The position numbers and the translations under genes are program-made. This document shows positions 32,629 to 48,083 of a stretch of DNA of 64,000 nt, piece after piece. Origin of the DNA: Escherichia coli (GTDB lineage Bacteria > Pseudomonadota > Gammaproteobacteria > Enterobacterales > Enterobacteriaceae); NCBI RefSeq assembly GCF_016026235.1, contig NZ_CP065613.1. One strand, written 5' to 3'. A model generated the notes under the pieces. That model had not been told where the DNA came from and did not search any database. It was given only the letters and a program-made list of their open reading frames with translations. How positions within the stretch are numbered: the first letter of the stretch is position 1; the number at the start of each line of letters is the position of its first letter.

Positions 32629-34240
32629 GAATCTCTCCTGAAGCGCTGACTTCGCCAAACCAGCCGTTATCATCTACCGTACGCAGAGAAATGGCGTTAT
32701 CCATTGGAATCGAAAATTTGACTGTGGTCTTATCCATCTGCCCCACTTCGCCAGAGATATCAGTCCACGGTGTGGTCAACCACAGCGCATCGGTCATATC
32801 CCGCCAGCTATCATCGCACCCGGCATCGTAGGTTTTTGTAGCTCCGTTGCGGGTAATAAAGGAAAGTGTCGCCGGGAACGGTACTTTCGCCTTACCGTCA
32901 TCGGAGCTGAAGACACAATAGGAGCGCCCGCCAATCACCTGCGCGGGTCCGGTCACCTTGATCAGCACTTCGTCGGCAGCTGTTTTACCGCTGGTGGTTA
33001 CGATATAGCCGAAATCGAGTGCCGACTCGCCGCTGCCAACATATCCCTCCCGCGACGGTGTCTGAGTATATTCATCGGAGATAATACTGATGCTGAAATC
33101 ACGGGGTTTGATAATCAGCGTGTTGGAGGTAGAAAATTCATACCAGCCAGACTCCGGTGATGTGGTGTTCTGAAAGCGAAAGTTGAATAGATCTTTGGTG
33201 TTGATATCGCTGATCCCGAGGTTCACCATCTGCTTAAAGAAGTTGCTCGAGAAGAAAACATAGATCGAGTCTGCGCTCTTCATCTCGTTGAAGGTGTAGT
33301 AATAGGCAGTATTGCTCACCGGTTTCCATGAACTGCCATTCAGACTGAACTGCATATCGTACGCCCCGACGGCCGAGGCTAACGACGAGTTGGCGATCGC
33401 CGGGAATATATGGATTGAGGTGTTGCTGAGTCCGTTTGTTTGCAGGGTATAGTTAACCATCTTACAACTTAATCCTGAACGGCTGCCGATGGTTTGCGTC
33501 CGGCAGTCGGCGTTCCCTTCGCCCAGAGTCGGTACTCCGTCGCTGTTGATAAATACTTCCGCCAGCGAGTGGGTATTTATCAACCGTAGATTTGCTGCTT
33601 TCGTATGGGTGACGTTGCGAACATACCAGTTGCCGGAGGCCTGATCCTTACAGCGTGCGCCGCTGCTGGCGTCATAGTTCACAGAGGTCTGGCAGGCATT
33701 GATGGTCATTGTAAAGCTGCTGCCGACGGGCATTTGTTGCAGATACTGGTAAAACGCGTCTGACAACATGCCGTGCATCCACTTCGCGCCGCCGCTGGTC
33801 ACCGTCGCGCCATAAAATCCACTGGCGTCGGTGGTTTGCGGCAGGATAAGACTGGTGGTCATATTACACCCAGCGTACCAGTTGATGCAGCGCAAGCCAG
33901 TTAAAGGAGATGAAACTGGTGAATTTTCCAGCCACATATCAAACTTCCAGTTGGTATAAAGGCCGGTGTTGTAACCGTTATCAATGTAGCCGAGGCTTTG
34001 CTGATAGATGGTTCCTGAACCATTGTATTTTAAACCGGTCCAGCGGTTGGCACCGGTCAGGCGCGGATCCAGCGCCCCGCCAGGAGTGACGAAAAAGTTG
34101 TCGTCTGAGTTGTTTTCGACAAACACAAACTCGCGTGCCGGTGCATCCGCCCAGGTTGTTTTGCTCACTGCAGCTCTGAGCGCGGTTGCAGGCCAGATTA
34201 GCGCAAAGATTATCATCGCTATCAGTAGGTTAACTCTCAT
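32597..34240 (-). CDS. ecpD: E. coli common pilus tip adhesin EcpD
   Basis: 547-aa secreted ORF in ecp order. Confidence 0.85.
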   Translation of the reverse strand: MRVNLLIAMIIFALIWPATALRAAVSKTTWADAPAREFVFVENNSDDNFFVTPGGALDPRLTGANRWTGLKYNGSGTIYQQSLGYIDNGYNTGLYTNWKFDMWLENSPVSSPLTGLRCINWYAGCNMTTSLILPQTTDASGFYGATVTSGGAKWMHGMLSDAFYQYLQQMPVGSSFTMTINACQTSVNYDASSGARCKDQASGNWYVRNVTHTKAANLRLINTHSLAEVFINSDGVPTLGEGNADCRTQTIGSRSGLSCKMVNYTLQTNGLSNTSIHIFPAIANSSLASAVGAYDMQFSLNGSSWKPVSNTAYYYTFNEMKSADSIYVFFSSNFFKQMVNLGISDINTKDLFNFRFQNTTSPESGWYEFSTSNTLIIKPRDFSISIISDEYTQTPSREGYVGSGESALDFGYIVTTSGKTAADEVLIKVTGPAQVIGGRSYCVFSSDDGKAKVPFPATLSFITRNGATKTYDAGCDDSWRDMTDALWLTTPWTDISGEVGQMDKTTVKFSIPMDNAISLRTVDDNGWFGEVSASGEIHVQATWRNIN

Positions 34241-36755
34241 TCTCTTCTCCTGTCTGCGTCACCGCCGCCCACGATGAGAGGCCGCTGCAGACCACATCAC
34301 CGACCCAGACGGCACCGCGCGCCTGGTTGAGTTCCAGTGCCACTTCGCAGGTTTTATTGCCACTGTAGCGAAAATCGATAGTGGGGTATTTCTTATCCAC
34401 GTCCATGACAAACTCGCCGTTTTCATCGGTTCGGGTTCGGCCGATGTGGTTGTTAATCCGTGCGTTAGCCAGCAGTGTGCCGTCTTCCGCACGGATACGA
34501 CCGGAGACGGTAACCATCTGCTTCACCTCTGGCTCAATGACAGCGACATTGCCTGGATAGAGAGTCAGATGACTTTTGCGGCCGCTGACGATATCGTAAC
34601 TGTCGAGTGAGTTTTTGCTGTTCTGTAACTCCACCTCATATCTTCCATAGGGAGAGAGCGGGAGATAGTTACGCTTGCCGTTAAGCGGGAAAATCCGCCC
34701 GTTGATTTTGGCGCTGATCTGACCGTCGTCCTCCAGCCCGGTGTTGAATATCACCCCAGCGTTGCCATCAGTCCGCCCGCTGGCAGCAATGTTTTTACCC
34801 TGCCAGCCGACGCTGCCATTGGCGGTTAAATTGGTATTGACGTAGCCGTCCGCCGCGCTATTGACGTTCAGCGTTCCGCTGGCGTAGCGAGCGTCGAACT
34901 GTGCATACGCCCCACCACTGAGAGTTTTGTCATCACCGGTATTGCCGGAGATGGCTCGTGACAGATTGGCACCAACAGTGCGAATGGTCCCTTCATCAAA
35001 CTGCTTGCGTGCTGACAGGTTTGCCATGGTGTAGCCGTTTTGATGAGTCATCCCTGCGCTAAACCAGTTGCCCAGTGGTAGCGAGAGATCGAGAGCGATA
35101 TATTTCCCTGTATTGGCGTTGCTGTCGCCGTTGTTATAGCGCTGAATACCGGCCCGCAGGCCAAGCGAACCAAAGGGACCGCTGTAGACATTTTGATAGT
35201 AATCTGCCGTGTAATAATGGCTGTTGTAACGGCGGTCATCATTGTAGCTGATGCTGAATGTGCCCAGCTTCGACCACAGTGAGTTCAGGTTGAGTGTGCC
35301 GCCGATTGCACGGTTGTCGGCATCGCTACGTCGCAATTGATTGCCAATGCGGGTTTTTTCCTGGTTAACCCACAGCGAACTAAAGCCTCCCGGTAGAGTG
35401 GCGCTGATGCTGGCGATGTTGCTCCATGAGCTGTCACTGGCCAGCATATTTTGCAGGTTAACGTTGATCGCCCCCCCAAGCGGCAGCGTCAGACGGGTTT
35501 CACCCACCGCCTGATTATCGTATCCATATCCCGTTGCCGCCCAGCTAAGCGTACTCAGTGAGCCGGAGGTCGAGGCACCTGCCAGCCAACTCTCTTTAGC
35601 TGGTCGCGTCTTTTTCCCGTTTTCCGACCAGCGATCCATATGAAAGCTACCGCCCCATATCTGCCACGCCAGTGGTGCACCGACGCCGCGCCCCCGGCTA
35701 AACAGCTTATTGACCCGTTGAGTGCGTTTGCTGATCACGCGACCGTTAACGATCACCTCAACTTCCACATCGTAAATACCGTACGGTAGACCCCGGGTAT
35801 CCACTTCATGATTGCCCATGGTGAAGTTCTGAACGCTTAGTAACCGCCCATCACGGGTGAGATGTACTTCGCCCGCCGCCGGTAAAAAGGCGATCACTGG
35901 CGTGGCTGACTGGCTGCTGTCGAAGATGGTGGAGCTGGCCTGGTTTCCCCAGGAAAGGCCGTAAATCTTCCCTGCTGAAATGGCGGTCATCGGCCCTAAG
36001 GACTGCAAGTTCCAGGTGTCGAGCATTCCACCGGCAAATCGGTGACCGGCAAAATCGCGTTCATACATCGCTTTATATAATTCACTGTCCTGTTGACCGC
36101 TACCGATCCCGTACAGCGAGCCGTCGAGCACCACATGATGTTCGCGCAGTGCAGTAACGTTATTCAGCGACAGATAGCTGGATGTGTTACTCCCGCCGTT
36201 ACGCAACTGGTTGTTATAGATGCCGAAGTTATAGCTCAGATTACTGCTGAGGGTGTTAACACTGGACTGCCCGATGTCTTCGCTACGTGAGCGTAGTACA
36301 GTGCCCAGCGCTTCGCGCTTGACCACCAGCTGCAGCAGCAGTTGGCGCAAGCTGAGATCCAGCTGCGCGTTGTCAGTCAGGGGGATGGTAAGGGCCTCAT
36401 TGAACGGGGCGTTTGCCAGAGCCATCAGCTGCTGTCGAGTTTGTTCGCTGACACTGGCGTTATCTTCACTCTCTTCCAGCTGTATTTTCCGGATGCGTAG
36501 CTGTCCATCATCCAGCCAGATAAAAGCGCTGCCGATTCGCTGATCGTCCTGGCGACCCTGGCTACCGGCGAGATGAATATAGAGCGGGACGCTCATGCCG
36601 TCCAGGAGCGCCTGACTGAAGGCCTGCGGAATAATCACCCCACCTATTTGCTGCGCACTTATGTCAGCAGCGCTGGCATCGGGCTGAACGAACAAAAAGA
36701 CCATGCCGAAGGCAAACTGGGCTTTCAGTCCTGGGGAGAACCGTCGTAAAGGCAT
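34230..36755 (-). CDS. ecpC: E. coli common pilus usher EcpC
   Basis: 841-aa outer-membrane usher-sized ORF. Confidence 0.85.
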   Translation of the reverse strand: MPLRRFSPGLKAQFAFGMVFLFVQPDASAADISAQQIGGVIIPQAFSQALLDGMSVPLYIHLAGSQGRQDDQRIGSAFIWLDDGQLRIRKIQLEESEDNASVSEQTRQQLMALANAPFNEALTIPLTDNAQLDLSLRQLLLQLVVKREALGTVLRSRSEDIGQSSVNTLSSNLSYNFGIYNNQLRNGGSNTSSYLSLNNVTALREHHVVLDGSLYGIGSGQQDSELYKAMYERDFAGHRFAGGMLDTWNLQSLGPMTAISAGKIYGLSWGNQASSTIFDSSQSATPVIAFLPAAGEVHLTRDGRLLSVQNFTMGNHEVDTRGLPYGIYDVEVEVIVNGRVISKRTQRVNKLFSRGRGVGAPLAWQIWGGSFHMDRWSENGKKTRPAKESWLAGASTSGSLSTLSWAATGYGYDNQAVGETRLTLPLGGAINVNLQNMLASDSSWSNIASISATLPGGFSSLWVNQEKTRIGNQLRRSDADNRAIGGTLNLNSLWSKLGTFSISYNDDRRYNSHYYTADYYQNVYSGPFGSLGLRAGIQRYNNGDSNANTGKYIALDLSLPLGNWFSAGMTHQNGYTMANLSARKQFDEGTIRTVGANLSRAISGNTGDDKTLSGGAYAQFDARYASGTLNVNSAADGYVNTNLTANGSVGWQGKNIAASGRTDGNAGVIFNTGLEDDGQISAKINGRIFPLNGKRNYLPLSPYGRYEVELQNSKNSLDSYDIVSGRKSHLTLYPGNVAVIEPEVKQMVTVSGRIRAEDGTLLANARINNHIGRTRTDENGEFVMDVDKKYPTIDFRYSGNKTCEVALELNQARGAVWVGDVVCSGLSSWAAVTQTGEENES

Positions 36756-36780
36756 TGTCGTTATCCATCTGCACAGCTAT

Positions 36781-37449
36781 CTATTTCACGGGAATGAACT
36801 TATCACCCTGCCAAAGTGCAACCCGTCCTTTGTTATCCGCCGTGTCCACGCGGGTAAAACGACGCGACTTGCCCGGCATCAGGTAGTAATTCTCTTTACA
36901 CTCTTTACCATTGGCGGCTTTCAGGCAGGGGCCGTAGGCGAGGATCCGCAGCGTCGCATTTCCTGTATTTGTCAGGGAGCCGTTGGCGTACTGAAAGTGG
37001 TAGTTTGCCTGGCGGGGTGCGACGACCAGAATGGTGCCGATGCGGGCGGAAGCAGTGGCCACAGCGCTGCGGTTGGCATTATCGCGCTGCGCATCACTGA
37101 GGGCCTGATCAAACCAGACAATGCGGTAGTAGCGCTCTTTTTCATCTGCGGGTCCCTTATAGAAGAAGCGGATCACTTCGCTGGCTTGGGCGGGTAGCAG
37201 CAAGCTGGCGGGAGTGAGTAGCAACTCATCCGGCTTGTCCATTGCGATAACCTGCCCGTCGTCAAGCGGTGAAGAGAGCCGTTCGAGACGGATATTGATA
37301 AGGCGACCACTGTCGGTACTGTTTTTGATCGTTTTGCTCAGCGTGCTGCTGTCACTGTTCATAAACGATGATATATCGCCGACATCCAGCGCCTGGGCCG
37401 GAGATATTCCGGATAACAGCAGAGCGAGAAGCAGAAGGTGCTTTTTCAT
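36781..37449 (-). CDS. ecpB: E. coli common pilus chaperone EcpB
   Basis: 222-aa periplasmic chaperone-like ORF with signal peptide. Confidence 0.85.
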   Translation of the reverse strand: MKKHLLLLALLLSGISPAQALDVGDISSFMNSDSSTLSKTIKNSTDSGRLINIRLERLSSPLDDGQVIAMDKPDELLLTPASLLLPAQASEVIRFFYKGPADEKERYYRIVWFDQALSDAQRDNANRSAVATASARIGTILVVAPRQANYHFQYANGSLTNTGNATLRILAYGPCLKAANGKECKENYYLMPGKSRRFTRVDTADNKGRVALWQGDKFIPVK

Positions 37450-37506
37450 AACAATTCCGTCCAGGAATAAAGCAGGGGGGCTACCCCTGCTGGTACATCA
37501 GAGAGA

Positions 37507-38094
37507 TTAACTGGTCCAGGTCGCGTCGAACTGTACGCTAACGTCGCCGCTCCAGATGCCTTCCGGTAGAGTGCTGTAGTCGGTTACTGCGGTGGTACCA
37601 TTGGTGGTGCCGCTGATGATGGAGAAAGTGAAACCATCCTGTGCGGTGGTACGATTGCTGGCATTGTAACCGTTTGCCAGCGGGCTAAGGTTGCCGCCCA
37701 GTACGCCGTTGGCGGTATCGATCATCACGGTATCGCCAGTTTTTTCGACTGCCGCGCCGTTATAATCCACGCCCACATTCAGTGTAGAACCTGAGGTATC
37801 CAACTGGGTTAAGGTGTTGGTGATAAGACGTGAGGTCAGTTTAAAGGCGGTAGCCGTTGAGTCACCCTCGATAGCCACGTCAAATAGACCTTTCTGTGAG
37901 TTAAAACCTTTAATGCCTTCGGCATACTGGAACGCCAGGCTACCGAGTGGCGTCACAACCAGCTTACTGGTGGTGTCTTTTTTGGCTGTTGCTGACCAGG
38001 TCGCTACAGCCTGAGCTGTTACGTCAGCAGCCTGCGCCACACCTATACCGGTAAACACCGTTACCAGAGCTATTGCCAGAACCTTTTTTTTCAT
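37507..38094 (-). CDS. ecpA: E. coli common pilus major subunit EcpA (MatB)
   Basis: 195-aa ORF, signal peptide [22 protein letters not shown] then [15 protein letters not shown]. Confidence 0.9.
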   Translation of the reverse strand: MKKKVLAIALVTVFTGIGVAQAADVTAQAVATWSATAKKDTTSKLVVTPLGSLAFQYAEGIKGFNSQKGLFDVAIEGDSTATAFKLTSRLITNTLTQLDTSGSTLNVGVDYNGAAVEKTGDTVMIDTANGVLGGNLSPLANGYNASNRTTAQDGFTFSIISGTTNGTTAVTDYSTLPEGIWSGDVSVQFDATWTS

Positions 38095-38168
38095 TGCTTT
38101 TCTTCCCGAGTTGAATTGAGGACATGAAGTCCCGGTGAGTCATTTATTAAAACTAACTTGCCTGGAGT

Positions 38169-38780
<612 letters not shown>

Positions 38781-39163
38781 TTACAGGTACATTCAGTTTC
38801 TTTAGTAAATCGGAAGTAAATAAGATACGTAGCACATATCAATATAGGTTAAACGACATTAAGTTTTAATTATTTCGATTAGGTTTAAATTTATGTTTTT
38901 TTCCTGATGAGTGTCAATATGTGAACAGAAAATGAATTCCATGGTTAAGTCAATATTTACAAAAAATGAAAATATTGCTTTTTTGATAAGAAGAAAAAGA
39001 CATTCAGTTTCATAAGGTTATTGGCAATATAACGTTCAATTCTTACTTGCATTTTATATTAGCCAGGAACTTTGCCCTAAGGTGTTAGGAATAGTCTTAA
39101 TGTGTTGTGTAATGGACTAGTAAAAAAACAAGTTTAAATGATAAGAAATAGAATATAAAACTA

Positions 39164-39388
39164 TCATGAGTCATAATTAAAGATGATTTGCCAATCAGTA
39201 AGGTGTTTTAATGGATTAACATGCCGCACAAAATGGTTATGGGTGTTCATTCCAATAAGTGATGAAAAATTAAACAGGTGTAAGTACGTCATCTGTCCGG
39301 TAAGCCCCCTAAGAGCCAAATTAAGTGAAGTTAAACGAAGACTGCCAGTTGTCACAGGAACGATGGCCTCTTTGCCAGGGCACTGCAT
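39164..39388 (-). CDS. Hypothetical small protein (possibly ykgL-like)
   Basis: 74-aa ORF in the ecpR–ykgO gap; no motif recognised. Confidence 0.3.
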   Translation of the reverse strand: MQCPGKEAIVPVTTGSLRLTSLNLALRGLTGQMTYLHLFNFSSLIGMNTHNHFVRHVNPLKHLTDWQIIFNYDS

Positions 39389-39794
39389 TCAGTCATCTGT
39401 GCGCGTTACTCTAACTGGCACTCGAACGTCGGCGATGGGGTTACCGGTGGATCAGGCCGTTCCTGTGGCGTAAACGTTTTTATGTCAGTACCAACAGATT
39501 TACCACATTTATCATCTTAACAGTTTGAGTGTAAATGCAGGCTGCGTCGCAAAGGGAGGAAACTGAGTGGCGTGTTCAGTCTAAAAGAGGGTTGATGCCA
39601 GCATACAGGGCGAAGCTGGTCAACAAGTCAACATTAATATAATGGAATATTCGGAGAGAAACGTCAGGCAGTTGACCTTAAATGAACAGGAAGATACATC
39701 CCCAGGAAAATTAATGCTGGTGTAATAAATACACCAACATTAATCCGGTCTGATTATTAATCAGACAAATATCGTTAATCCGTCGAATTTTGAA

Positions 39795-39935
39795 TCAACG
39801 TTTTTTCTTACGACCCTGAACGGCCTTAAAACGTGGATTAGATTTACAAATCACATATAGCCGTCCTTTTCGCTTCACAATCTGACAGTCTGGATGGCGT
39901 TCTTTTGCGGTACGAAGAGAGTTAAGAACTTTCAT
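39795..39935 (-). CDS. ykgO: Ribosomal protein L36 paralog (zinc-independent type)
   Basis: 46-aa [49 protein letters not shown]; start overlaps ykgM stop. Confidence 0.85.
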   Translation of the reverse strand: MKVLNSLRTAKERHPDCQIVKRKGRLYVICKSNPRFKAVQGRKKKR

Positions 39936-40201
39936 CACGCCCCCTTTTTCGTGCTAACAAAACGACCAAAACGTTGGGTGAATCGTGCAACATTTCCTTC
40001 TGATGCCACTGTTCTCAGCTTCCCTGTATAGAACGGGTGCGATTTCGAAGAGACATCAATTGTTACGTACGGATACGTTACGCCATCCAGCTCAATCTCA
40101 CGGTCTGTTTTGATAGTCGAGCCGATTTTAAAGTACTCATCAACACTGGTGTCGTGGAACACCACAGTACGATACTCAGGATGGATATTGGGCTTCATCA
40201 T
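39935..40201 (-). CDS. ykgM: Ribosomal protein L31 paralog (zinc-independent type)
   Basis: [19 protein letters not shown]… L31 type B; start could be either of two adjacent Met codons. Confidence 0.85.
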
Positions 40202-40209
40202 TTTTACCT

Positions 40210-40227
40210 GTTATGTTATAACATAAC
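40210..40227. promoter_or_regulatory. Zur box (zinc uptake regulator operator) upstream of ykgM-ykgO
   Basis: Perfect 18-bp palindrome GTTATGTTATAACATAAC, 9 bp upstream of ykgM start. Confidence 0.75.
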
Positions 40228-40561
40228 TATAAAGATACATGCTCATCCGGATCATTTCAACACCCAATCCCTGTGACCATTAGTGATATGTGGAATTTCC
40301 TCAACGGGGAACTCTGGCATTGTTAACAGCCATTGGTGACGCTCCCATAAACGCCTGGATGAGTGATTGATGATAGTTTCGCTGAGAGTATGGATTTTTC
40401 GAGAATGGAGGTTATCTCCACTTTACTGGCCGATGATTTATCGCAGTATGATTGATTACCTGACAGCGTGTATTCCTCTCCCACGGATATAATAATTACT
40501 TACAAAAAGGGAGAGGATGCATATTTTAAATATCACTGAAGTGAACAGTTTATTGCCGTTA

Positions 40562-40663
40562 TTAATAGAAATGGAGAAATAAATAGGCGTATTCTACAAT
40601 TGCGACAAAAACAACGATATTAATCAGTTTATGACTGATTTGTTGTACTTTATTCTCTTTCAT
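40562..40663 (-). CDS. ykgR: Small membrane protein (33 aa), YkgR-like
   Basis: MKENKVQQISHKLINIVVFVAIVEYAYLFLHFY with GAGGAAG SD; below the ORF track size cut-off. Confidence 0.5.
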   Translation of the reverse strand: MKENKVQQISHKLINIVVFVAIVEYAYLFLHFY

Positions 40664-41136
40664 TGGTACTTCCTCGCTTTAAAAAAGAGCGCACTTCGTA
40701 AGTGCCCTTATATAAATAACGAGTTTGGTCAACCAATTTTTTGACATGTATCACAAATTTGAATAGATGTATTACATCGGCTATCTTTTATTGCACCAAC
40801 GTCATTGATATATGTCGCCTGAAGTCAGTTCCGGGAATGAGTCTGATCTCAAGACTGGCCCAGTCCTGGCGTTGATTGGCGCTGAGGAGCATATCGCATC
40901 TCATCATAATGTCGTATCTCCTGGGGTGTTATACAAGATATCGTTGTTGGTAACCTGGGCGAGGAATTGAGCTCTATTAAACCGTCAACTATGCCGGATA
41001 CATACTGGATTACACTGCAGGCACGCCTTATGAGAGAACGTGCCGCAGTGACGGGTTAATTATCTGAAAGAATTTGTGAGGCTGTATCGGTTACTCATTG
41101 ATTTGATAGTTTTACTCTCGGGAGAGTAATAGATAT

Positions 41137-42279
41137 TTAATCCATTAACGGAAACCAGCCAGTTCCTTTCGATGCCTGAATTTGATCCCATAGTTTATCC
41201 GGAATGGTTAATTCAGGAACAAGTTGTGGATTAAGGGTTGTTTGAATTTCATGGCCTCTACCTGATTCAGCTAAAGTCACCCATTCTGGATTTATCACCA
41301 GCCCTTTACCGATCGCAACAAGTGGCAGGCCAGTGGAGATTGCTTCTTGAGCCTGAGACGGTGTGCGTATTTTACCTGCAGCGATTACCGGCACTCTGCC
41401 TGCAATATGATTTAAAATCAATTCAATAGTTCGGGGGCCATTTGGCGACTCAACAGGGTAGCTTTCGTTAATACTGACCAGCGAGGTATGTATATACGAA
41501 ATACCGGATGAAATGAGCCGATCAAGGAGTTTATAAGTATCCTCTATCCGCAGTCCCCCTGTTGCAGATTCTTCAGGAGATATTCTGTAACCGATGGCAA
41601 AGGGCTTTGTCGCATATTCATAGACTACATTTTTTACTTCCTGTAATACGGCCAGCGGGAAGCTCATACGTCCTTCGAGATCTCCTCCCCATCGGTCATT
41701 ACGCTGGTTAAATAGAGGGGAGAAGAAATTCTGTAGAAGGAATCCGTGCGCACCATGAAGTTCAATGCCATCAAAACCTGCTTTAATCGCCCTTTTTGTG
41801 ACATCTCCGAATGCTCTAATGGTTTCCTGAATTTCGTTTTCAGTCATTTCCCTGCTTTGTACCACTCTCTTCATAAAGTCACCAGTTTTTACGCTTGATG
41901 CGCTGGCACTAATAACATCGTTATTTGGTACAAGCTCCGGGATGGCTTTATTACCGGCGTGGAAAATCTGCAAAATAGCCGGAGCACCCCCACTTTGGGC
42001 TGCCGCTGCTAACTTTTCAAGGCTGTTAATGAAACGGTCGTCATACGCGGCAAATTCATGAGTAAACCCAATGCCGCTTGGCGTGACATAGGTACATCCT
42101 GTTATTACTAAACCAACATTTTGTGAGCGGCGTTTATAAAATTCGAGTTCTTGCTCAGAGATGGTTCCATCAGGATTCGCTGACCAGGTCGTCATAGGAG
42201 CCATAACGATACGATTACGTAGCTTTATTTTTTCTGTCAGCATAAAAGGAGAAAACAATGATGGGTGTTTATTTGTCAT
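41137..42279 (-). CDS. Old-yellow-enzyme family NADH:flavin oxidoreductase / ene-reductase
   Basis: 380-aa ORF with OYE TIM-barrel signatures (…LQIFHAGNKA… ; …GIELHGAHGFLLQNFFSP…). Confidence 0.8.
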   Translation of the reverse strand: MTNKHPSLFSPFMLTEKIKLRNRIVMAPMTTWSANPDGTISEQELEFYKRRSQNVGLVITGCTYVTPSGIGFTHEFAAYDDRFINSLEKLAAAAQSGGAPAILQIFHAGNKAIPELVPNNDVISASASSVKTGDFMKRVVQSREMTENEIQETIRAFGDVTKRAIKAGFDGIELHGAHGFLLQNFFSPLFNQRNDRWGGDLEGRMSFPLAVLQEVKNVVYEYATKPFAIGYRISPEESATGGLRIEDTYKLLDRLISSGISYIHTSLVSINESYPVESPNGPRTIELILNHIAGRVPVIAAGKIRTPSQAQEAISTGLPLVAIGKGLVINPEWVTLAESGRGHEIQTTLNPQLVPELTIPDKLWDQIQASKGTGWFPLMD

Positions 42280-42522
42280 AACAATACCTCAAATGTTTAT
42301 CTGATTTTGATGCGTATGTTTTAACTGGTTAGTTGTTGCCAGCTTTGGAATCAAGATTTCTGGCTTTATTTATAATCCCTTCAAAGGATTTCTAATAATC
42401 TTAATAATTGAGTTGCTGCTTTTTTGTTTTTTAATGAAATTTCTTTTTGAGTAATTTTATTATTGTTGTGTAGTCAATAAAGGATAAATGTCAGGGAAAT
42501 AAGGGATCTCCCTGTAGGATTA

Positions 42523-43443
42523 TTACAAATGTGTTTTATAAAAAGGAATTAATTTATCGAGTGCCTGTTTCACAGGTTCTGGCTTATCATACAGGTCGTA
42601 ATGTGAATAACCTTCAACCACGACCAGCTCTTTATGTTTTGAGGCAGCGCGGCCAATAATTTCGCAGCCGTCACGGTAGGCACCAAATGCGCCCACTCTA
42701 TCGCCCACCACAACCATTATTGGTTGAGTTAACAGGACTTCTGCAAGATGAAATGCATCCCAACCCACGGCAACAGTCTGATGTGAGAATAGCGAACGAT
42801 TTACCCCATTAGGTGCATAGCCTCGTGGCGAACGATAATATTCTGTGGCTTCAAAAAGGTCTATTTCTGTTAATCCCGCTTCAAGAGCTGCATCCGGAGA
42901 AGAGGGGAGTAAATCATCTACGCGAAGTTTTGCGCCGTTAGCTTCGTCTGTTCTTTGTTGCGCCATTGCTTCGAGTGCTCCGATAGGATTAAACGCTGTA
43001 AATCCCTCACGCATAAGACGCCCGTAGTTTGCACCCGTGACAGTACCAATAGCTTTAATTCGACGTTCTGTCATTGCGGCATTAATGGCATATCCACCTC
43101 CACCACAAATACCCAGTACACCAATACGCCCGGCATCAACGTAAGGTAAGCTGGTAAGGTAATCAACGACAATGCTGAAGTCTTTTACTCGCATTGTTGG
43201 ATCTTCCAGATAACGCGGTTCTCCACCGCTGCTTCCCTGAAAACTGGCATCAAAAGCAATGACGATAAAGCCAGCTTTTGCCAGGGCGGCACCATACACA
43301 CTACCCGATGTCTGTTCTTTGCAGCTTCCAATTGGATGGGCGCTGATAATGGCAGGATACTTTTTTTCACTATTAAAATCGTCAGGGAAATAGATATCAG
43401 CAGCTATATCCCAGTAAGTGTGTTTTATCGAAACAGTTTTCAT
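42523..43443 (-). CDS. Alpha/beta-fold hydrolase (dienelactone-hydrolase-like)
   Basis: 306-aa ORF with nucleophile-elbow-like GICGGGG and conserved His near C-terminus. Confidence 0.7.
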   Translation of the reverse strand: MKTVSIKHTYWDIAADIYFPDDFNSEKKYPAIISAHPIGSCKEQTSGSVYGAALAKAGFIVIAFDASFQGSSGGEPRYLEDPTMRVKDFSIVVDYLTSLPYVDAGRIGVLGICGGGGYAINAAMTERRIKAIGTVTGANYGRLMREGFTAFNPIGALEAMAQQRTDEANGAKLRVDDLLPSSPDAALEAGLTEIDLFEATEYYRSPRGYAPNGVNRSLFSHQTVAVGWDAFHLAEVLLTQPIMVVVGDRVGAFGAYRDGCEIIGRAASKHKELVVVEGYSHYDLYDKPEPVKQALDKLIPFYKTHL

Positions 43444-43599
43444 TTCAAGCTCCGGGGATTTGCCTAAACAGATTTAAATATCATTTCTATTATCCGCAAC
43501 TGGCATTTGTGTTCATATCGAGAACGGCGTAATAGTATGACTTGTATTGGTTATCATCAATGGTCTAATATCTATCACAGTGTTAAGTTAAGGTTTACA

Positions 43600-44524
43600 A
43601 TGATGAAAATAGAGCCTTCAATTTTGCCTTCTCTTGCCTGGTTTGCGCTGATTGTTCGTGCCGGCAGTTTTTCCAGAGCCGCTTCTGAAATGGGTATTAC
43701 GCGGGCCGCATTGTCCCAGAATTTAAAATCTCTTGAGGAACGTCTTAACACCAAGCTGATATACCGTACGACCCGCAATATGTCGCTTACTGAGGAAGGA
43801 CTGCGTCTGTATGAAGTGCTGGTGTCGGCTTTGGGGCAAATTGATGATGCTTTGAAAGATGTTGGTGATACCCAACTTGAACCTACAGGCCTGTTGAGAA
43901 TAAATTCCTCCCGTGTTGCAGCACGGATGCTTGTTGAGCCTCATATTGGCGAGTTTCTTACTCGTTACCCCAAAACAAAGATAGAACTCATTATGGATGA
44001 CGGTTTATCTAACATTATTGCGGACGGCTGTGATGTGGGCATACGTCTTGAGCAAGGACTGGATGAGCATATGACTGCCGTTCCTGTTTCTCCGCTTATT
44101 AAACTGGTTACTGTGGCATCGCCAGATTATTTAAAAGAACACGGTATTCCTGAAACGCCTCAGGAACTGAGTAACCATAATTGCCTTCGGTTGCGGCATA
44201 AAAGTAGCGGTGCACTCTCTGCATGGGAGTTTTCTAATGTTGCGGGCGGGAATGAAGAGTTCGAAATAGAGGTTTCAGGTAAGTATATTTCTAATGATGA
44301 CGAAAGCATGATACGAATGGCGCTGAATGGAACGGGTATCATTCAACATCTGGATTTTGCAATCGCTGAACATATCAATGCGGCAAGTTACAGCCGATTC
44401 TTGAGGATTGGGCTGTTTCATTTCCTGGGTTTTATATTTATGTTTCATCACGGGTGAGAATGCCCTCTAAAGTTCGTGCTTTTATTGATTTTATGGTGGA
44501 GAAAAGAGTAAAACTCGAAAATTG
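43600..44524 (+). pseudogene. LysR-family transcriptional regulator with a frameshift near the C-terminus
   Basis: HTH start MMKIEPSILPSLAWFALIVRAGSFSRAASEMGIT; the track ORF ends at 44457 in non-LysR sequence, while the canonical LysR C-terminus (GKLQPILEDWAVSFPGFYIYVSS…KVRAFIDFMVEKR) is encoded in another frame from ~44382 to 44524. Confidence 0.7.
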
Positions 44525-44674
44525 ATGATATGTGTCAGAATATCGGTAAGAAGAATGGCGCAATCGTGAGAATACGTTTATTCATAATAAATATCCTGAA
44601 AGTTTAGAATTATTTTCGATACAGCCAGATTATCATTGTTACTAATAATGTGGTTAAAATAATAGCATCTATGA

Positions 44675-47611
<2,937 letters not shown>

Positions 47612-48083
47612 TCATAAATCTGTTTGAGTGTTGCGATGGGTAGTGCAAGTTCGATATCTCCGCAATTTACAGTCCGATGAAGGAAAATGAATATCCATAA
47701 AAAATATATCGGTTTATCCTGGCGTATATACCTACTTCGACGTATTTCCAATAGTTGCTAATTAAAGGCAGGTCATTATTATTCACTCTGAATAATGAAT
47801 TATTCACTGTCCGCAGAGTAAGAAATATAACTTAGGTATCTATTTAATGACTTGCACAAAAAGCTAAATTTTCACCCATAAATAAAAATATAATCCCGCG
47901 CCCAACCACCTGATGAGTGGCTACAGGCACTGGATATATTAGGTGGCGGTGTACTTTCTTACATAAAGGTATTTCCTTTTCTGCGGAAAAGGAAACCGGG
48001 AAATCCCCGGTTTTTCTGACAAGCAGACGCCATTATTTGTGTCTGCCTATGTTCGTTAATTCGTTCATCAGGAAATTATCTCA

